The translations under genes were made by a program, and so were the position numbers. Shown piece by piece: positions 35,833 through 47,826 of a stretch of DNA of 64,000 nucleotides. Position 1 is the stretch's first letter; each line of letters begins with the position of its first letter. Location: NCBI GenBank assembly GCA_049649785.1, contig JBARZG010000103.1, positions 2,243 through 66,242 on the forward strand. The letters run 5' to 3'. This DNA is from Ornithinimicrobium sp. GTDB lineage: Bacteria; Actinomycetota; Actinomycetes; Actinomycetales; Dermatophilaceae. The notes below the pieces were generated by a model. That model was not told the DNA's origin. It saw nothing but the letters and a program-made list of their open reading frames with translations, and searched no databases.

Positions 35833-37022
35833 TGCCTGGGCGTGATGGCCACGTCGACGTGCTGATCGTCGGTGGCGGAAACGGGGGGATCTCGTTGGCA
35901 GCGCGGTTGCGGCGTCTGGGTCTGCCCAACATCGCGATCGTCGAGCCCAAGCTGAACCACCAGTTTCGGCCGCTACTTTCCTACGTGGGCGCGGGACTGG
36001 CCCGACCCGCCGAACTCATCCGGGCGCAGTCGCGCGTGATGCCCACCGGTGTGGAGTGGATCCAGGACGCCGTGGAGGCCATCGATCCGCAAGCAAGCAC
36101 CGTGACGCTGTCCAGCGGTGCCGTGATGACGTATGGGCAGGTATGCCTGACGCCCGGCTCAGAGCCAGACTGGGATGACATCGAAGGCTCGGCAGAGGCA
36201 ATGCTGAGCCCGGCCGCGTCCACGAACTACGTCGTGGATCTGGCGCCGAAGACCTGGGAGTTGATCCGCCAACTTCGTCGCGGCCGCGCGGTCTTCACCC
36301 TCCCCGACGGTCCCGCTCCATGCCCTGGCGCCGGGCAAAAGATCCTCTACATGGCGTGTGACTACTGGCGGGCCGCTGGTGTTTTGGGCGATATCGACGT
36401 GACGCTGGTCACTCCGGACGACGATGTGTCGGCCAACGCGGGTGTGTCCCGTCAGCTGCGACGCTGGACCGGAACATACGATATCGCGGTCGTGCCACAA
36501 AGTCGGGTCGAGCGCATCGATGTGGTGCAACGCGAGATCCACCTGGTCAGCGCCGGCGCAGACCGGCGACACGGCTACGACTTCTTGCACGTCACGCCGG
36601 TGCACCGTGCCCAGCCGTGGATCGGCGCGGCCGGGCTCAGCTCAGCCGAAGCGGCCGGATACGTGGACGTGGATCCACATACTCTGCGTCACAGACACTT
36701 CCCGAACGTATGGGCGTGTGGTGACGCAGCCGAGACCGGTGCCTCACGATCCGGGGGAGCGCTGCGCGAGCAGACGAAGGTTCTCGCGGCCAATCTGGTG
36801 GCAGACCGAGGGGGTTCGGAACTGCCGGAGTCGTACAGTGGGTATTCGGTCTGCCCGTACACGGTGTCGCGATCGAAGGTGCTGTTCTTCGAATTCGATC
36901 GGGAGCGGCGACGCATGCCTTCGGTTCCCCTGCTGGGGCGCAGACCAAACCGGCTAGCGTTCCTCGGCGACCGTTATGCCCTACCGCAGATCTACTGGCG
37001 GCGAATCCTCAAAGGTAAGTAG
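35832..37022 (+). CDS. NAD(P)/FAD-dependent oxidoreductase (sulfide:quinone oxidoreductase-like)
   Basis: Rossmann motif DVLIVGGGNGG, second dinucleotide region, C-terminal WACGDAA. TAATG overlap with the upstream gene. Confidence 0.75.
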   Translation: MPGRDGHVDVLIVGGGNGGISLAARLRRLGLPNIAIVEPKLNHQFRPLLSYVGAGLARPAELIRAQSRVMPTGVEWIQDAVEAIDPQASTVTLSSGAVMTYGQVCLTPGSEPDWDDIEGSAEAMLSPAASTNYVVDLAPKTWELIRQLRRGRAVFTLPDGPAPCPGAGQKILYMACDYWRAAGVLGDIDVTLVTPDDDVSANAGVSRQLRRWTGTYDIAVVPQSRVERIDVVQREIHLVSAGADRRHGYDFLHVTPVHRAQPWIGAAGLSSAEAAGYVDVDPHTLRHRHFPNVWACGDAAETGASRSGGALREQTKVLAANLVADRGGSELPESYSGYSVCPYTVSRSKVLFFEFDRERRRMPSVPLLGRRPNRLAFLGDRYALPQIYWRRILKGK

Positions 37023-37031
37023 ATCGACGGC

Positions 37032-38852
37032 TCAAGGGTCTTGGGAGTAGATCAACGCCGCGTAGGGGCCGAGCGTGAAGCGAGCTGCCTGTGGATAGCC
37101 GTCGCATTCACGCTGTTCGGTGGTGACGTCGGCTACGTGCACGGAGCCCAGCCCAGGTCCGTAGAGTGCCGAATCGGTATTGCACCGCAGGCGCCATCCC
37201 CCCGAGCGCGGCATCCCGACCCCGTAGTCCCGCACCGCCGTGGTTCGCAGGTTCACCAGCACGAGAGTGTCGTCACCGGGTCCGCCGTCTGACCATCGGT
37301 GAAACACCAGGACGTTGGCGTCGTTGTCTACCCGGATCAGGCGGGTATGTGCACCGAGAAGCCCTCTCGTTGTTCCGGTGAGGTTGCGGCGCATGGCAAT
37401 CAGGTGCCGAATGAGATGCAAGAAGCCCGCGTGTCGGTGTGCCTTGTCCCAATCCACCGGCGTGCGGTCATCGAACCAGCGATCCTCCAGGAAGTCTTGA
37501 CCTTGAAACAGCATCGGTATGCCGGGTGAGGTCAGCGCGAGGACGAGGCCGAGCGCCGCACGGGTGCGGGCTGGCCAGGAGTCGGCCTGCCCGGGAAAGA
37601 TCGACTCCGGCACTCTGGTGCGCCCGTTAGCGACCTCGTCGTGACTTTCGGTGTAGATCACCCGATCGTGCGGCGTCCTCACCGCGCTGCCAATCACGGC
37701 GTGGGCGACGGCATACATGTCTCGGTTTTCGTCATGTGCCGCGTCCAGGGCGGCGCGAACGGGATGAACGAACCCGGCATCCCATTGGGAGGCGAAGCCC
37801 AGTCCACCCTCGGCGCAGGGTCGGATGACCGCTGGGTCGCCCTGCATGTCCTCGGCGATCAGAATCTTCCACGGTTGGCGTGATCGGATGTCGGCGGTCA
37901 TCGAGGCGAGGAATCGGTGCCCCGCCACGATCCGGTCGCCCTGGTGCCTGACGTTGCCGCCTCGCGAGCGGATGTACTGGGTGGCATCGATGCGCAAGCC
38001 ATCGACGCGGAAGTCCTCGAGCCACATCACCGCGGAGTCACGCAGGTAGTTGCGCACGTGCTTGCGGTCGTAGTTCGGCCTGGTGGCGCCCCATGGCGTC
38101 ACTGCCCGGCGGTCGTTGTAGAAATAGCTCCCGCCGTAGCGTCTGCTTCGGCCCCCGTCGAAGCGCCACAGGTGCAAGTCGCCGGGACCGAAGTGGTTGT
38201 AGACCACATCGAGGATGACCGCGATGCCGCGGGCGTGGGCGGCCTGCACAAAACGGGCGAAGGCCTGCGGGCCGCCATAGGTCGGTTCGATCGCGTAGGG
38301 GTGGGATGGGTTGTAACCCCAACTGTTCGACCCGGCGAAGGCGAAAGGCGGCATGATCTCGACGGCATTCACACCGAGCCACGCGAGGTGGTCCAGCCGG
38401 TCTATGGCGCGGTCGAAGGTCCCCGAACGCCAGCCATCGGCAGCGAACGTCGGGATATGCGCTTCATAGATGACCAACTCGTCCCAGGCCGGCATGCTGA
38501 AAGTCGACGTGCTCGGTGACCCCCAGTCCAGCGACCGCGGGTCGAAGACCACCGCATCACCGGCTGAATGGGTGACCTGACGCGCAACGGGATCAATCCG
38601 GGAGCGGTATGGCCCCCCGGTCCTGATCATGAAGCGATAACAGGAGCCAGGACCGGCGTGCCGCACGAACGCCGACCAGGTGCCCGACCGGGCGTTGTCA
38701 CGAGCCAGCGGAGTTTTGTTCTTCGGGTCCCACCCACAGAAGTCTCCGACAACGGCGACATTTCGGGCGTTGGGTGCCCACACCCGGAAGGTGACGCCAC
38801 CGTCATGCGGGATGGCCCCCATACCAGGATGGGTGGACGAGGACCGGGACAC
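37032..38852 (-). CDS. GH13 alpha-amylase family glycosyl hydrolase with an N-terminal CBM48 (branching-enzyme/TreZ-like)
   Basis: VTFRVWAPNARNVAVVGDFCGW (CBM48). GH13 regions VILDVVYNH, DGLRIDA, LIAED, YTESHD. Confidence 0.85.
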   Translation of the reverse strand: MSRSSSTHPGMGAIPHDGGVTFRVWAPNARNVAVVGDFCGWDPKNKTPLARDNARSGTWSAFVRHAGPGSCYRFMIRTGGPYRSRIDPVARQVTHSAGDAVVFDPRSLDWGSPSTSTFSMPAWDELVIYEAHIPTFAADGWRSGTFDRAIDRLDHLAWLGVNAVEIMPPFAFAGSNSWGYNPSHPYAIEPTYGGPQAFARFVQAAHARGIAVILDVVYNHFGPGDLHLWRFDGGRSRRYGGSYFYNDRRAVTPWGATRPNYDRKHVRNYLRDSAVMWLEDFRVDGLRIDATQYIRSRGGNVRHQGDRIVAGHRFLASMTADIRSRQPWKILIAEDMQGDPAVIRPCAEGGLGFASQWDAGFVHPVRAALDAAHDENRDMYAVAHAVIGSAVRTPHDRVIYTESHDEVANGRTRVPESIFPGQADSWPARTRAALGLVLALTSPGIPMLFQGQDFLEDRWFDDRTPVDWDKAHRHAGFLHLIRHLIAMRRNLTGTTRGLLGAHTRLIRVDNDANVLVFHRWSDGGPGDDTLVLVNLRTTAVRDYGVGMPRSGGWRLRCNTDSALYGPGLGSVHVADVTTEQRECDGYPQAARFTLGPYAALIYSQDP

Positions 38853-38938
38853 GACGTCAACCTTAGGCGATCACCAGTCGGCTACCTCTCAGGCAGCGGG
38901 CCGCCTGCCGGAAGGCTGCGCAGGGCAGACTTGGACCC

Positions 38939-39469
38939 ATGCCGAGCCTGCGTCGTCCCTCGCGTCGTACCGTAGGTCTTATGCTCGTCCTGCCGATCGC
39001 CGTTTTGTCCCTAGCCACCGCCGCAGTCTCGATCGGCATTCGGTTGGCTCCTGACGATCCCGCGAAGTGGCATCAGGATCCGTTGACGGCTTCGGCGCCA
39101 CAGACTCCGAACTGGTACCGGATCAGTCCGCAGACCTCCGGCTTCACCGGCAGTGCCGACCGTGAAGGCGAGGCGCCGGTCTTCGATGTGCCGGTAGCCG
39201 AGCTCGTCGCGGCCTTCGATCAAGTCGCGCTCGCCGACAGTCGGGTAGACGTGCTGGCGGGATCGGCCGAGGCGGGGTTTGTGACCTACCTCCAGCGCAG
39301 CGCCCTGATGGGCTACCCCGACTACATCTCGGTCCGCTTCATCCCCATCGACGAGGGTCGCTCAACGCTGGCGGTGCTCTCTCGGGCCCGCTACGGCAGC
39401 AGCGACCTGGGAGTGAACCAGAAGCGGGTGGATCGCTGGGTGCAGCAGACGACGCAGCGGCTAGGTTGA
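38939..39469 (+). CDS. DUF1499 domain protein (N-terminal membrane anchor)
   Basis: 176 aa. C-terminal pattern GYPDYISVRF...LAVLSRARYGSSDLGVNQKRV. Confidence 0.65.
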   Translation: MPSLRRPSRRTVGLMLVLPIAVLSLATAAVSIGIRLAPDDPAKWHQDPLTASAPQTPNWYRISPQTSGFTGSADREGEAPVFDVPVAELVAAFDQVALADSRVDVLAGSAEAGFVTYLQRSALMGYPDYISVRFIPIDEGRSTLAVLSRARYGSSDLGVNQKRVDRWVQQTTQRLG

Positions 39470-39482
39470 GCGCCTGGCGCTC

Positions 39483-41416
<1,934 letters not shown>

Positions 41417-41450
41417 GGACGGCCTGGAGGCTCGGGCAGAATGACCATCG

Positions 41451-42737
41451 ATGAGTGAGCCTGACGCGGGATCGGCGCCGGTGGCCGGTCGTGGTCGGCG
41501 CGATGCTGCGGTGCTCGCTGTCGGATCCGCGTTGGGTGGGGTGCTCGCCTACGTCTTCTTCGTGCTGGTCATCCGTGCCCTCGGCGCACAGGCCGCTGCT
41601 CCGATCACGGTGTTGTGGGCGTGGTGGGGCTTTGCCGGTGCCGCCCTGACCTTCCCGGTGCAGCACTGGATCACCCGGACGAGCGCAGCGTCGGCGGGGG
41701 AGGCGGCCGTGCGTCGGGGGATCGGGCACCTGGCTGCTGCGGTCACGGTGACTTCGGTGGTGGCGGGTGGGTTGGCCTGGCTGGCCCGGGACAGGCTGTT
41801 CGGACCCGACGGTGAGTGGTTCGTCCTGCTGGTGGTCGGGGTAGGTCTGGGCTCTGGTTTGCTGGGGCTGCCGCGCGGGTTGCTCTCGGCACGCAGACGG
41901 TTCGCCAGTGTCGCCGCCAGCATCGTGGCTGAGAACGCACTGCGCGTCCTCGTGGCCGCTGCTTTGGTCATCGGTGGCAGCGAGAACCCGTTGCTGTACG
42001 GACTAGCGCTGTTGGCGGGCTACGCCATCGTGGTGCTCTGGCCCGGCGCGCTGGTCCCTGGTCGCGAGGGGGAGGTCGCCGCCGTGCCCATCCAGCGCCC
42101 CTTGTCCTTCGTATCCGGTGCCTCCGCCGGGCAGTTGGTGGCCCAGGCGACCCTGACCGGAGGGCCGGTGCTGTTGGCGGCGATCGGCGGGGCTCGGAGC
42201 GAAGTGACGGTGCTCTTTGCCGGGCTGGCATTGTTTCGCGCCCCCTACACGTTGGCTCTCGGTCTGGTTTCGGCGCTGACCGGGCGGCTGACTCAGCTGG
42301 TCGAGAACAATCGGTGGGCCACGCTTGCCCGCTTCCGTCGCAGGATTGTCGCGGTCACGGCGGTCCTGTGCGCTGCCGGGGCAGGTCTGGGTGCCTGGTG
42401 GGGGCCGCCGGTGATGGAGGTGATCTTCGGTGCGGGCGTGCGGCTGCCTTCCTTGGACGCGGCCCTTGTCGCGGTGGGCACCGTGCTGGCCATGGCGAAC
42501 TTGGTGCTGACGGTGGGGCTGCTGGCCAGAAACCGGGCCGGTGCGGTCGTTTCCAGTTGGGCGATCGCCCTGCCGTTCGGGGCGTTGGCCCTCTGGCTGA
42601 TCGACGCGGACGCGGTGACCCGCGTCTGTTGGACGTTCGTGGTGATAGAGGCCTGTGCGTTCGTGGCGCTGATCGCGACAGAGGCTCGCTCAGACCACTT
42701 TGTCGGCCGCCAGGAAGACCGAGGACCCGAACGGTAG
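41451..42737 (+). CDS. polytopic membrane protein, Wzx/MOP-like polysaccharide flippase candidate
   Basis: 428 aa, about 12 predicted TM helices, Ala/Leu/Gly-rich. Located in the sugar cluster. The family assignment is an inference. Confidence 0.55.
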   Translation: MSEPDAGSAPVAGRGRRDAAVLAVGSALGGVLAYVFFVLVIRALGAQAAAPITVLWAWWGFAGAALTFPVQHWITRTSAASAGEAAVRRGIGHLAAAVTVTSVVAGGLAWLARDRLFGPDGEWFVLLVVGVGLGSGLLGLPRGLLSARRRFASVAASIVAENALRVLVAAALVIGGSENPLLYGLALLAGYAIVVLWPGALVPGREGEVAAVPIQRPLSFVSGASAGQLVAQATLTGGPVLLAAIGGARSEVTVLFAGLALFRAPYTLALGLVSALTGRLTQLVENNRWATLARFRRRIVAVTAVLCAAGAGLGAWWGPPVMEVIFGAGVRLPSLDAALVAVGTVLAMANLVLTVGLLARNRAGAVVSSWAIALPFGALALWLIDADAVTRVCWTFVVIEACAFVALIATEARSDHFVGRQEDRGPER

Positions 42738-43397
42738 ATCCCGGCGTGCAAGCAGCCGCGCCTCCGCCGCGGACAGGCCTAACAGCAGGCGTTCAACGGC
42801 GGGGTTGACCTGCGGCAAGTGGTCGTTGTCGACCCCGAGGCGACGGATCCGGCGCGAGACGCGTTCGGCGGCGAAGAAGGGAAAGACCCCGGCGAAGCCA
42901 TAGCTGGCGCGGCGCACGGCATACCCGGCGTCTTCGACCGCGGCGACCAACCGGGTGCGGGTGTAGCGACGGTAGTGACCGGCGCGGACATCGTGGTCGG
43001 TCCAGGCCCACTGATAGGCCGGCACCGACAGCAACAGTCGCCCGCCAGGGGCGAGGACGCGGGCGAATTCGGTCAGCACCCGCGAGTCCGGCTCACAGTG
43101 TTCGACCACGTCGAAGGCGCTCACCAGATCGAAGGCCCCATCGCGGAAGGGCAACGCCAGAGCGGAGGCGCAGACGGCGCCGCCGGGAGTCAGCCCACGC
43201 GGATCGAGGTCGACCGTGGCGTGCTCGGTCCCCGTCAACCAGGCAACGCTGGGACCGTCGGCGCTGCCAACATCGAGCAGCCTGCCCGGCTGGCCAACAT
43301 GCCCGCCGAGGGCGGCGTGCAGCAGCTCCGAACGCGCCCGATACCACCAATATTCGGGCTGCTCGATCGATGCCGATCCCGGCTGTTCGCTGTTCAC
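42690..43397 (-). CDS. class I SAM-dependent methyltransferase
   Basis: GTG at 43397 (GTGA overlap with the upstream stop). Motif I LLDVGSADG; post-I/II ALPFRDGAFDLVSAFDVVEH. Confidence 0.8.
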   Translation of the reverse strand: MNSEQPGSASIEQPEYWWYRARSELLHAALGGHVGQPGRLLDVGSADGPSVAWLTGTEHATVDLDPRGLTPGGAVCASALALPFRDGAFDLVSAFDVVEHCEPDSRVLTEFARVLAPGGRLLLSVPAYQWAWTDHDVRAGHYRRYTRTRLVAAVEDAGYAVRRASYGFAGVFPFFAAERVSRRIRRLGVDNDHLPQVNPAVERLLLGLSAAEARLLARRDLPFGSSVFLAADKVV

Positions 43398-44536
43398 GAC
43401 ACCTCGCGCACTGCGCTGACCAAGGCCGATGTGACCTGGTCGCACTGGCTCGCAGTGAGCGTGTTGAAGAACGGAAGCCGGAGCAGGCGCGCGCTGATGT
43501 CGCTGGAGACGGGGCAGTCGGTGGCTGATCGGCGAAAGCGGCGGCCACCTTGCGAATCATGCAGCGGCACGTAATGGAACGCGGTCGCCACACCGAGCTC
43601 GCGCATCCGTGCCATCACGGGCGCGCGCATCTCGGCCTCGGGCAGCAGTACGTAGAAGAGGTGGTATGCCGCGTCACAGGTGTCCGGGATGATTGGCAGT
43701 CGTAGACCCAACTCATCGGCCGGACCGGCCAGGGCTGCGGCATACCGCTCGAACACGCTTCGCCGGCGCGTCTGGATCGAGGTGGCCTGCTCCAGTTGTC
43801 CCAGCAGGTAGGCAGCGAGTACGTCTGACATGCCGAAGGACGAGCCGTTGTCCCGCCAGGAGTACTTGTCCACCTGCCCGGCGAAGAACGCCTGACGGTC
43901 GGTCCCCTTGTCATACAGGATGCGTGCCCGCTCGATGTCTTGGTCATCGTTCAGCATCAAGGCGCCGCCCTCGCCACAGACGAAATTCTTGGTCTCGTGA
44001 AAGGACAGGCTCGCGAACCGGCCGAACCCGCCCAACGGTTTACCGCGATGGGTGCCGAACAGCCCATGCGCGGCATCTTCGACGAGCGACACCTCCGGAC
44101 GATCGGCGAGGACTTCAGTGATCGCGTCCAGGTCGCAGGCGATGCCGGCGTAGTGCACGATGACGACTGCTGTCACGGTGTCGTCGAGCAACGTGGCGAG
44201 GTGCCTTGGGTCGAGGCCTAGGGTCACCGGCTCGATGTCGCAAAAGATGATCTGGGCGCCTTGCCGGGCAAAGGCCAGGGCGCTACTGGTGAAGGTGAAG
44301 GACGGCACGATGACGGTGTCGTCGGGTCCGAGGTTCAGCAACATGGCGCTGAGTTCGAGCGCGGTGGTGCACGACGTGGTCAGCATGACCTCGCGGGCCC
44401 CGGTGGCAGCCTGCAGTATCTCGCCGGCGCGGGCTGAAAACGGTCCGCCGGAGGACGTATGGCCGTGCATCGCCTGCTGAACGAACCTCAATTCCTGGCC
44501 GGCGATCTCTGGGGCGTTGAACGGGATGTTGTTCAT
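43394..44536 (-). CDS. DegT/DnrJ/EryC1/StrS aminotransferase, WecE-like (dTDP-4-amino-4,6-dideoxyhexose transaminase)
   Basis: ATG at 44536 (ATGA overlap). IPFNAPEIAGQEL..., FHETKN (PLP-Lys region), GQVDKYSWRD.GSSFGMSD. Colinear with my recollection of E. coli WecE. Confidence 0.9.
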   Translation of the reverse strand: MNNIPFNAPEIAGQELRFVQQAMHGHTSSGGPFSARAGEILQAATGAREVMLTTSCTTALELSAMLLNLGPDDTVIVPSFTFTSSALAFARQGAQIIFCDIEPVTLGLDPRHLATLLDDTVTAVVIVHYAGIACDLDAITEVLADRPEVSLVEDAAHGLFGTHRGKPLGGFGRFASLSFHETKNFVCGEGGALMLNDDQDIERARILYDKGTDRQAFFAGQVDKYSWRDNGSSFGMSDVLAAYLLGQLEQATSIQTRRRSVFERYAAALAGPADELGLRLPIIPDTCDAAYHLFYVLLPEAEMRAPVMARMRELGVATAFHYVPLHDSQGGRRFRRSATDCPVSSDISARLLRLPFFNTLTASQCDQVTSALVSAVREVS

Positions 44537-45273
44537 GCGGTCTGACGAACGGGCCACGGCAACTCACGGCCCAAGAGTGCGGCCAAGGCAGTGTCGCTTT
44601 CGAAGTAGTGATCGCGGAGTGTGTCAATGAGCTCAGGGTCGAGGTTCTCGGCGGCGACAGTGCTGGCGTGGGTGCGCACGCCCGCCAGGTTGGGCCGAAA
44701 CGTCTCATCCACGCCCAGCCAACGGTAGAGCGGGCCCCATCGATCCGGACTGCGGCGTACCTCGGGCAAGAACTGCACGTACACCTCGAAGTGTTCGGTC
44801 CACCGGACCAGGTCTTGGACGTAGTGTCCGCGCGATACGTAGGCGAAGGGGGACACCGAGGTTGCGCGATTCCAGGCCCGTGGCTGGTCCAGGTCAGCGC
44901 GGACGGCCTCGTTCAGCGGCCGGCTTTCGAGACCGTGGTCGCGACTGAAACTCCAGTTGGACACGGCCCGTTGGACCGGATCTCGCAGTTGCACCACGAT
45001 GTGCGGCCGCCCCAAGGTGGCGGCCAGTCGGGCGGGCACCTCGGGCGACTCCAGATACGACGTGCTCTTCTCCCCGAGGGCGTGCTCATCGGTGGCGTGG
45101 CTGAAGAATCTGGAGCGGTAGGCCTCGAGATCGAGCGCGCCCGATCCTAGGAACGCCTTGGGCTCGGGCCGGGCTGGACGAGCCATCGCTATCTCGGGAT
45201 GGGCGGCGAGCACGTCATGCAGCCACGTGGTGCCACAGCGCTGGGCACCGATCACCAGGAAGTGTCTGCTCAT
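44533..45273 (-). CDS. sulfotransferase family protein
   Basis: ATG at 45273 (ATGA overlap). 5'-PSB-like motif VIGAQRCGTTWLH and 3'-PB-like RDPVQRAVSNWSF. Confidence 0.8.
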   Translation of the reverse strand: MSRHFLVIGAQRCGTTWLHDVLAAHPEIAMARPARPEPKAFLGSGALDLEAYRSRFFSHATDEHALGEKSTSYLESPEVPARLAATLGRPHIVVQLRDPVQRAVSNWSFSRDHGLESRPLNEAVRADLDQPRAWNRATSVSPFAYVSRGHYVQDLVRWTEHFEVYVQFLPEVRRSPDRWGPLYRWLGVDETFRPNLAGVRTHASTVAAENLDPELIDTLRDHYFESDTALAALLGRELPWPVRQTA

Positions 45274-46250
45274 CGGCTGACCCGTCGGACCACGTGAAAC
45301 GAGGCGTCGCTGCTGACCGTGTTGAGGGTGCGGACGACGTACTCGCCGATCATCGACAGCAGCGCAATGATCACGCCAGCGAAGAGTGACATGAGGACCA
45401 TGATGGAGGTCCAACCAGGGACGATGGTCTCGGTGAGCAAGGCGCGAGCGACGAGGAAGCCGCCGAGCAGGAAACTTAGCCCGGAAATGACGAAGCCGAG
45501 CAGGGCTGCGGCCCGCAGCGGCCATGAGCTGTAGCTGAAAAGGATTGTCAGCACCAGAGCCACAACGCGGGTCAGGTTGTAGTTGCTTTTCCCGGACGGG
45601 CGCGGTGCATGGCGCACCGTGACGTTGGCGCGGTCCCGGGAGGTTAGCAGCGCCTGCCCGGTGATATATGGGTATGCCGTGCGCGATGCCACGATCCGGT
45701 CCACCACGTCGCGCCGCAGGATCCGGAAGTTGGAGACGGTGAGGTCGGCCGGTTGACCGAAGACGCGACGGTTGATCTGGCCGATCACGATGCTGCCGAT
45801 ACGCCGCATACCGTGTGCCTGCTTCTGTTCGAACTGACCGAAGACGACCTCGTGACCGCCGGCAACGGCCGATTCGATCAGCAGCAGTGCCTGGTCGGGC
45901 GGGTTCTGAAGGTCATCGTCCATCGTGATGACGTAGTCACCGGTGGACTCGGTCAGCCCGGCGAGGTTGGCGTAGTGCTGCCCGTAGTTCTTCATCAAAT
46001 CCAAGGCGATGACACCGGGGATGGATTCGGCCCGTTCGGCGATGACCTGCCAGCTGTCGTCGGGGCTTCCGTCGTTGACACAGATGAGTTCGAAGTCGAG
46101 GCCTGCCTGGGTGAAGACCTCGACCACGCGGTCAATCGTGGTGCCGACGATGTCCGCGCTGTTATACACCGGCATGACAATCGAGTAGCGGAAGCTCGAT
46201 GTCTCGCCACTCAGTTCGGTCATGAACCGAAGGGTGTCACGGGAGCTCAT
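45270..46250 (-). CDS. GT2 polyprenyl-phosphate glycosyltransferase (ArnC/GtrB/DPMS-like)
   Basis: YSIVMPVYN, CVNDGSPDDS, MDDDLQN (DxD), plus two C-terminal TM helices as in ArnC/GtrB. Confidence 0.9.
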   Translation of the reverse strand: MSSRDTLRFMTELSGETSSFRYSIVMPVYNSADIVGTTIDRVVEVFTQAGLDFELICVNDGSPDDSWQVIAERAESIPGVIALDLMKNYGQHYANLAGLTESTGDYVITMDDDLQNPPDQALLLIESAVAGGHEVVFGQFEQKQAHGMRRIGSIVIGQINRRVFGQPADLTVSNFRILRRDVVDRIVASRTAYPYITGQALLTSRDRANVTVRHAPRPSGKSNYNLTRVVALVLTILFSYSSWPLRAAALLGFVISGLSFLLGGFLVARALLTETIVPGWTSIMVLMSLFAGVIIALLSMIGEYVVRTLNTVSSDASFHVVRRVSR

Positions 46251-47788
46251 CGGTTGCTCGCCAGAATCTCCGACATCTCGGCGAGCTTGTCCTCACCCAG
46301 GTCTCTGTCGGCATACCAGACGAAGCCGGCGGTCCGTCCGATCAACCGGTAGTGGTTGCCCAGTGCCGGCAGAGCCCAGTCGTAATAGCGGGGTTGGTCC
46401 ACCGTGACGAATGTCGGTCGCCGCTGCTCGATCCCGGCTGCGATGGCGGCCAGGCCACCGGGCTCGGTCTCATCGACGTATTCGGCCAGCCCGGTCAGGA
46501 ACATCTGGTGTCGGATGGGATTGGTCAGCCCACCCAACACCAGTGGTTGTGGGGCACCGATTGACTGCACGGTGACTTCTGGCCCGGCGGCAGCGAGCAT
46601 GGCCTCTGTCTCTGCTCGCATCGGCGCCAAGCTGTCCGGCGACTTGCTCCAGGCGGTGTAGCCGGCTGCCCCAGACACGACGAGGACGTATGCCGCAGCT
46701 AAAGCAGCCGCTGGATGCGCTGGTAGGTGACGAGCGAGAAAGGCTATGGCCCCTCCCACGCCGACGGCCGCCAACGGCACCACGAACATGGCATCGGCCC
46801 AGCCGTTGAAGACCCAGAGCGACCAACCCAACGAGGCCAGGGTGGCTGCGCCGGCGCCAACCACGGCTCGCCCGGCGGGGTCGCTGGAGCCACGAAACGA
46901 CCAGGCCAAGAGCAGCGAAAGCACCAAACCGCCGACCAGCAGCCACAGGGACCAGCCCCAGGCCTGCAGCATTTCGGTCGGTAGCGCCGTCAAGAAGGTG
47001 ATAAGGCCGACCTGATTGGTGCTGGTCGCATTCACGAAGAGAAAGCCCTCGAAGAAGGCGTCCAAGGCGCCGAATGCCGCGAAGTAGCCGACTACGAAGG
47101 CCGTGCCGAGGATCCCACCGAGGGCGAAGCGAGCCCAAGCTCGCACCGCACCGCGCCACAGCGTGCGCCGCGGCGGGACACTGGCGGCCACCAGTGCCGC
47201 CGCGAGGCATGGGAAGAAGGCGGGCTGCCAGGTGAGCGTCGCGAGGGCGGTGGCCACGCCCGCCCATCCCCATCGTCGGTGGGCGATGGCCAGCAGTGCA
47301 CAGACCACCAAGAGCACCATGGTGGTCTTCTCCCGTGGGCCTCCGCCGGCGTAGATCACCACGGCTCGCGAGGACAGCAGCGTGGCTGCTGCCACAACCC
47401 CGGCCACCCTGGAGCCGAACATGTCGCGGCCAAGGAAGTAGGTGAGCCACACCGTGAGAACGGTCAGGACCATCATCATGACGCGCATTGTGAGCAGGTC
47501 GTCGGTGCCAAGAGCCCGAGCGATCATCGCGCCGAATCCGGGCACCATATGTGCCAGCGGCCCGGCGCGGTTCAGCACCCCTTCATACGGAGGCACCCCG
47601 TCGGCGAACTGTTGCCCCGCGTAGGCGTAGAGGGCGCGGTCACGAGAGAGGACTCCACCGAATCCTTGCAGCAGAAAAACGGCGGCGCCGATAGCGGCAA
47701 CCGCGAGTCCCCACGGGTCGACTCGGCGCACTCGGGCGATCCTATAGCCCGTTTCACCCGCGCGCGCCTCGAGTCTTTGCGCCATCAT
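46247..47788 (-). CDS. polytopic GT-C-fold glycosyltransferase candidate (ArnT/PMT-like)
   Basis: More than 10 TM helices, ATGA overlap with the GT2 gene. The start is uncertain: ATG 47788 is preferred over 47869, which would overlap the divergent lldD-like gene. Confidence 0.65.
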   Translation of the reverse strand: MMAQRLEARAGETGYRIARVRRVDPWGLAVAAIGAAVFLLQGFGGVLSRDRALYAYAGQQFADGVPPYEGVLNRAGPLAHMVPGFGAMIARALGTDDLLTMRVMMMVLTVLTVWLTYFLGRDMFGSRVAGVVAAATLLSSRAVVIYAGGGPREKTTMVLLVVCALLAIAHRRWGWAGVATALATLTWQPAFFPCLAAALVAASVPPRRTLWRGAVRAWARFALGGILGTAFVVGYFAAFGALDAFFEGFLFVNATSTNQVGLITFLTALPTEMLQAWGWSLWLLVGGLVLSLLLAWSFRGSSDPAGRAVVGAGAATLASLGWSLWVFNGWADAMFVVPLAAVGVGGAIAFLARHLPAHPAAALAAAYVLVVSGAAGYTAWSKSPDSLAPMRAETEAMLAAAGPEVTVQSIGAPQPLVLGGLTNPIRHQMFLTGLAEYVDETEPGGLAAIAAGIEQRRPTFVTVDQPRYYDWALPALGNHYRLIGRTAGFVWYADRDLGEDKLAEMSEILASNR

Positions 47789-47826
47789 GGAAGTCACCGG
47801 ATGACCCTTGTGACCAACGGAGATCG

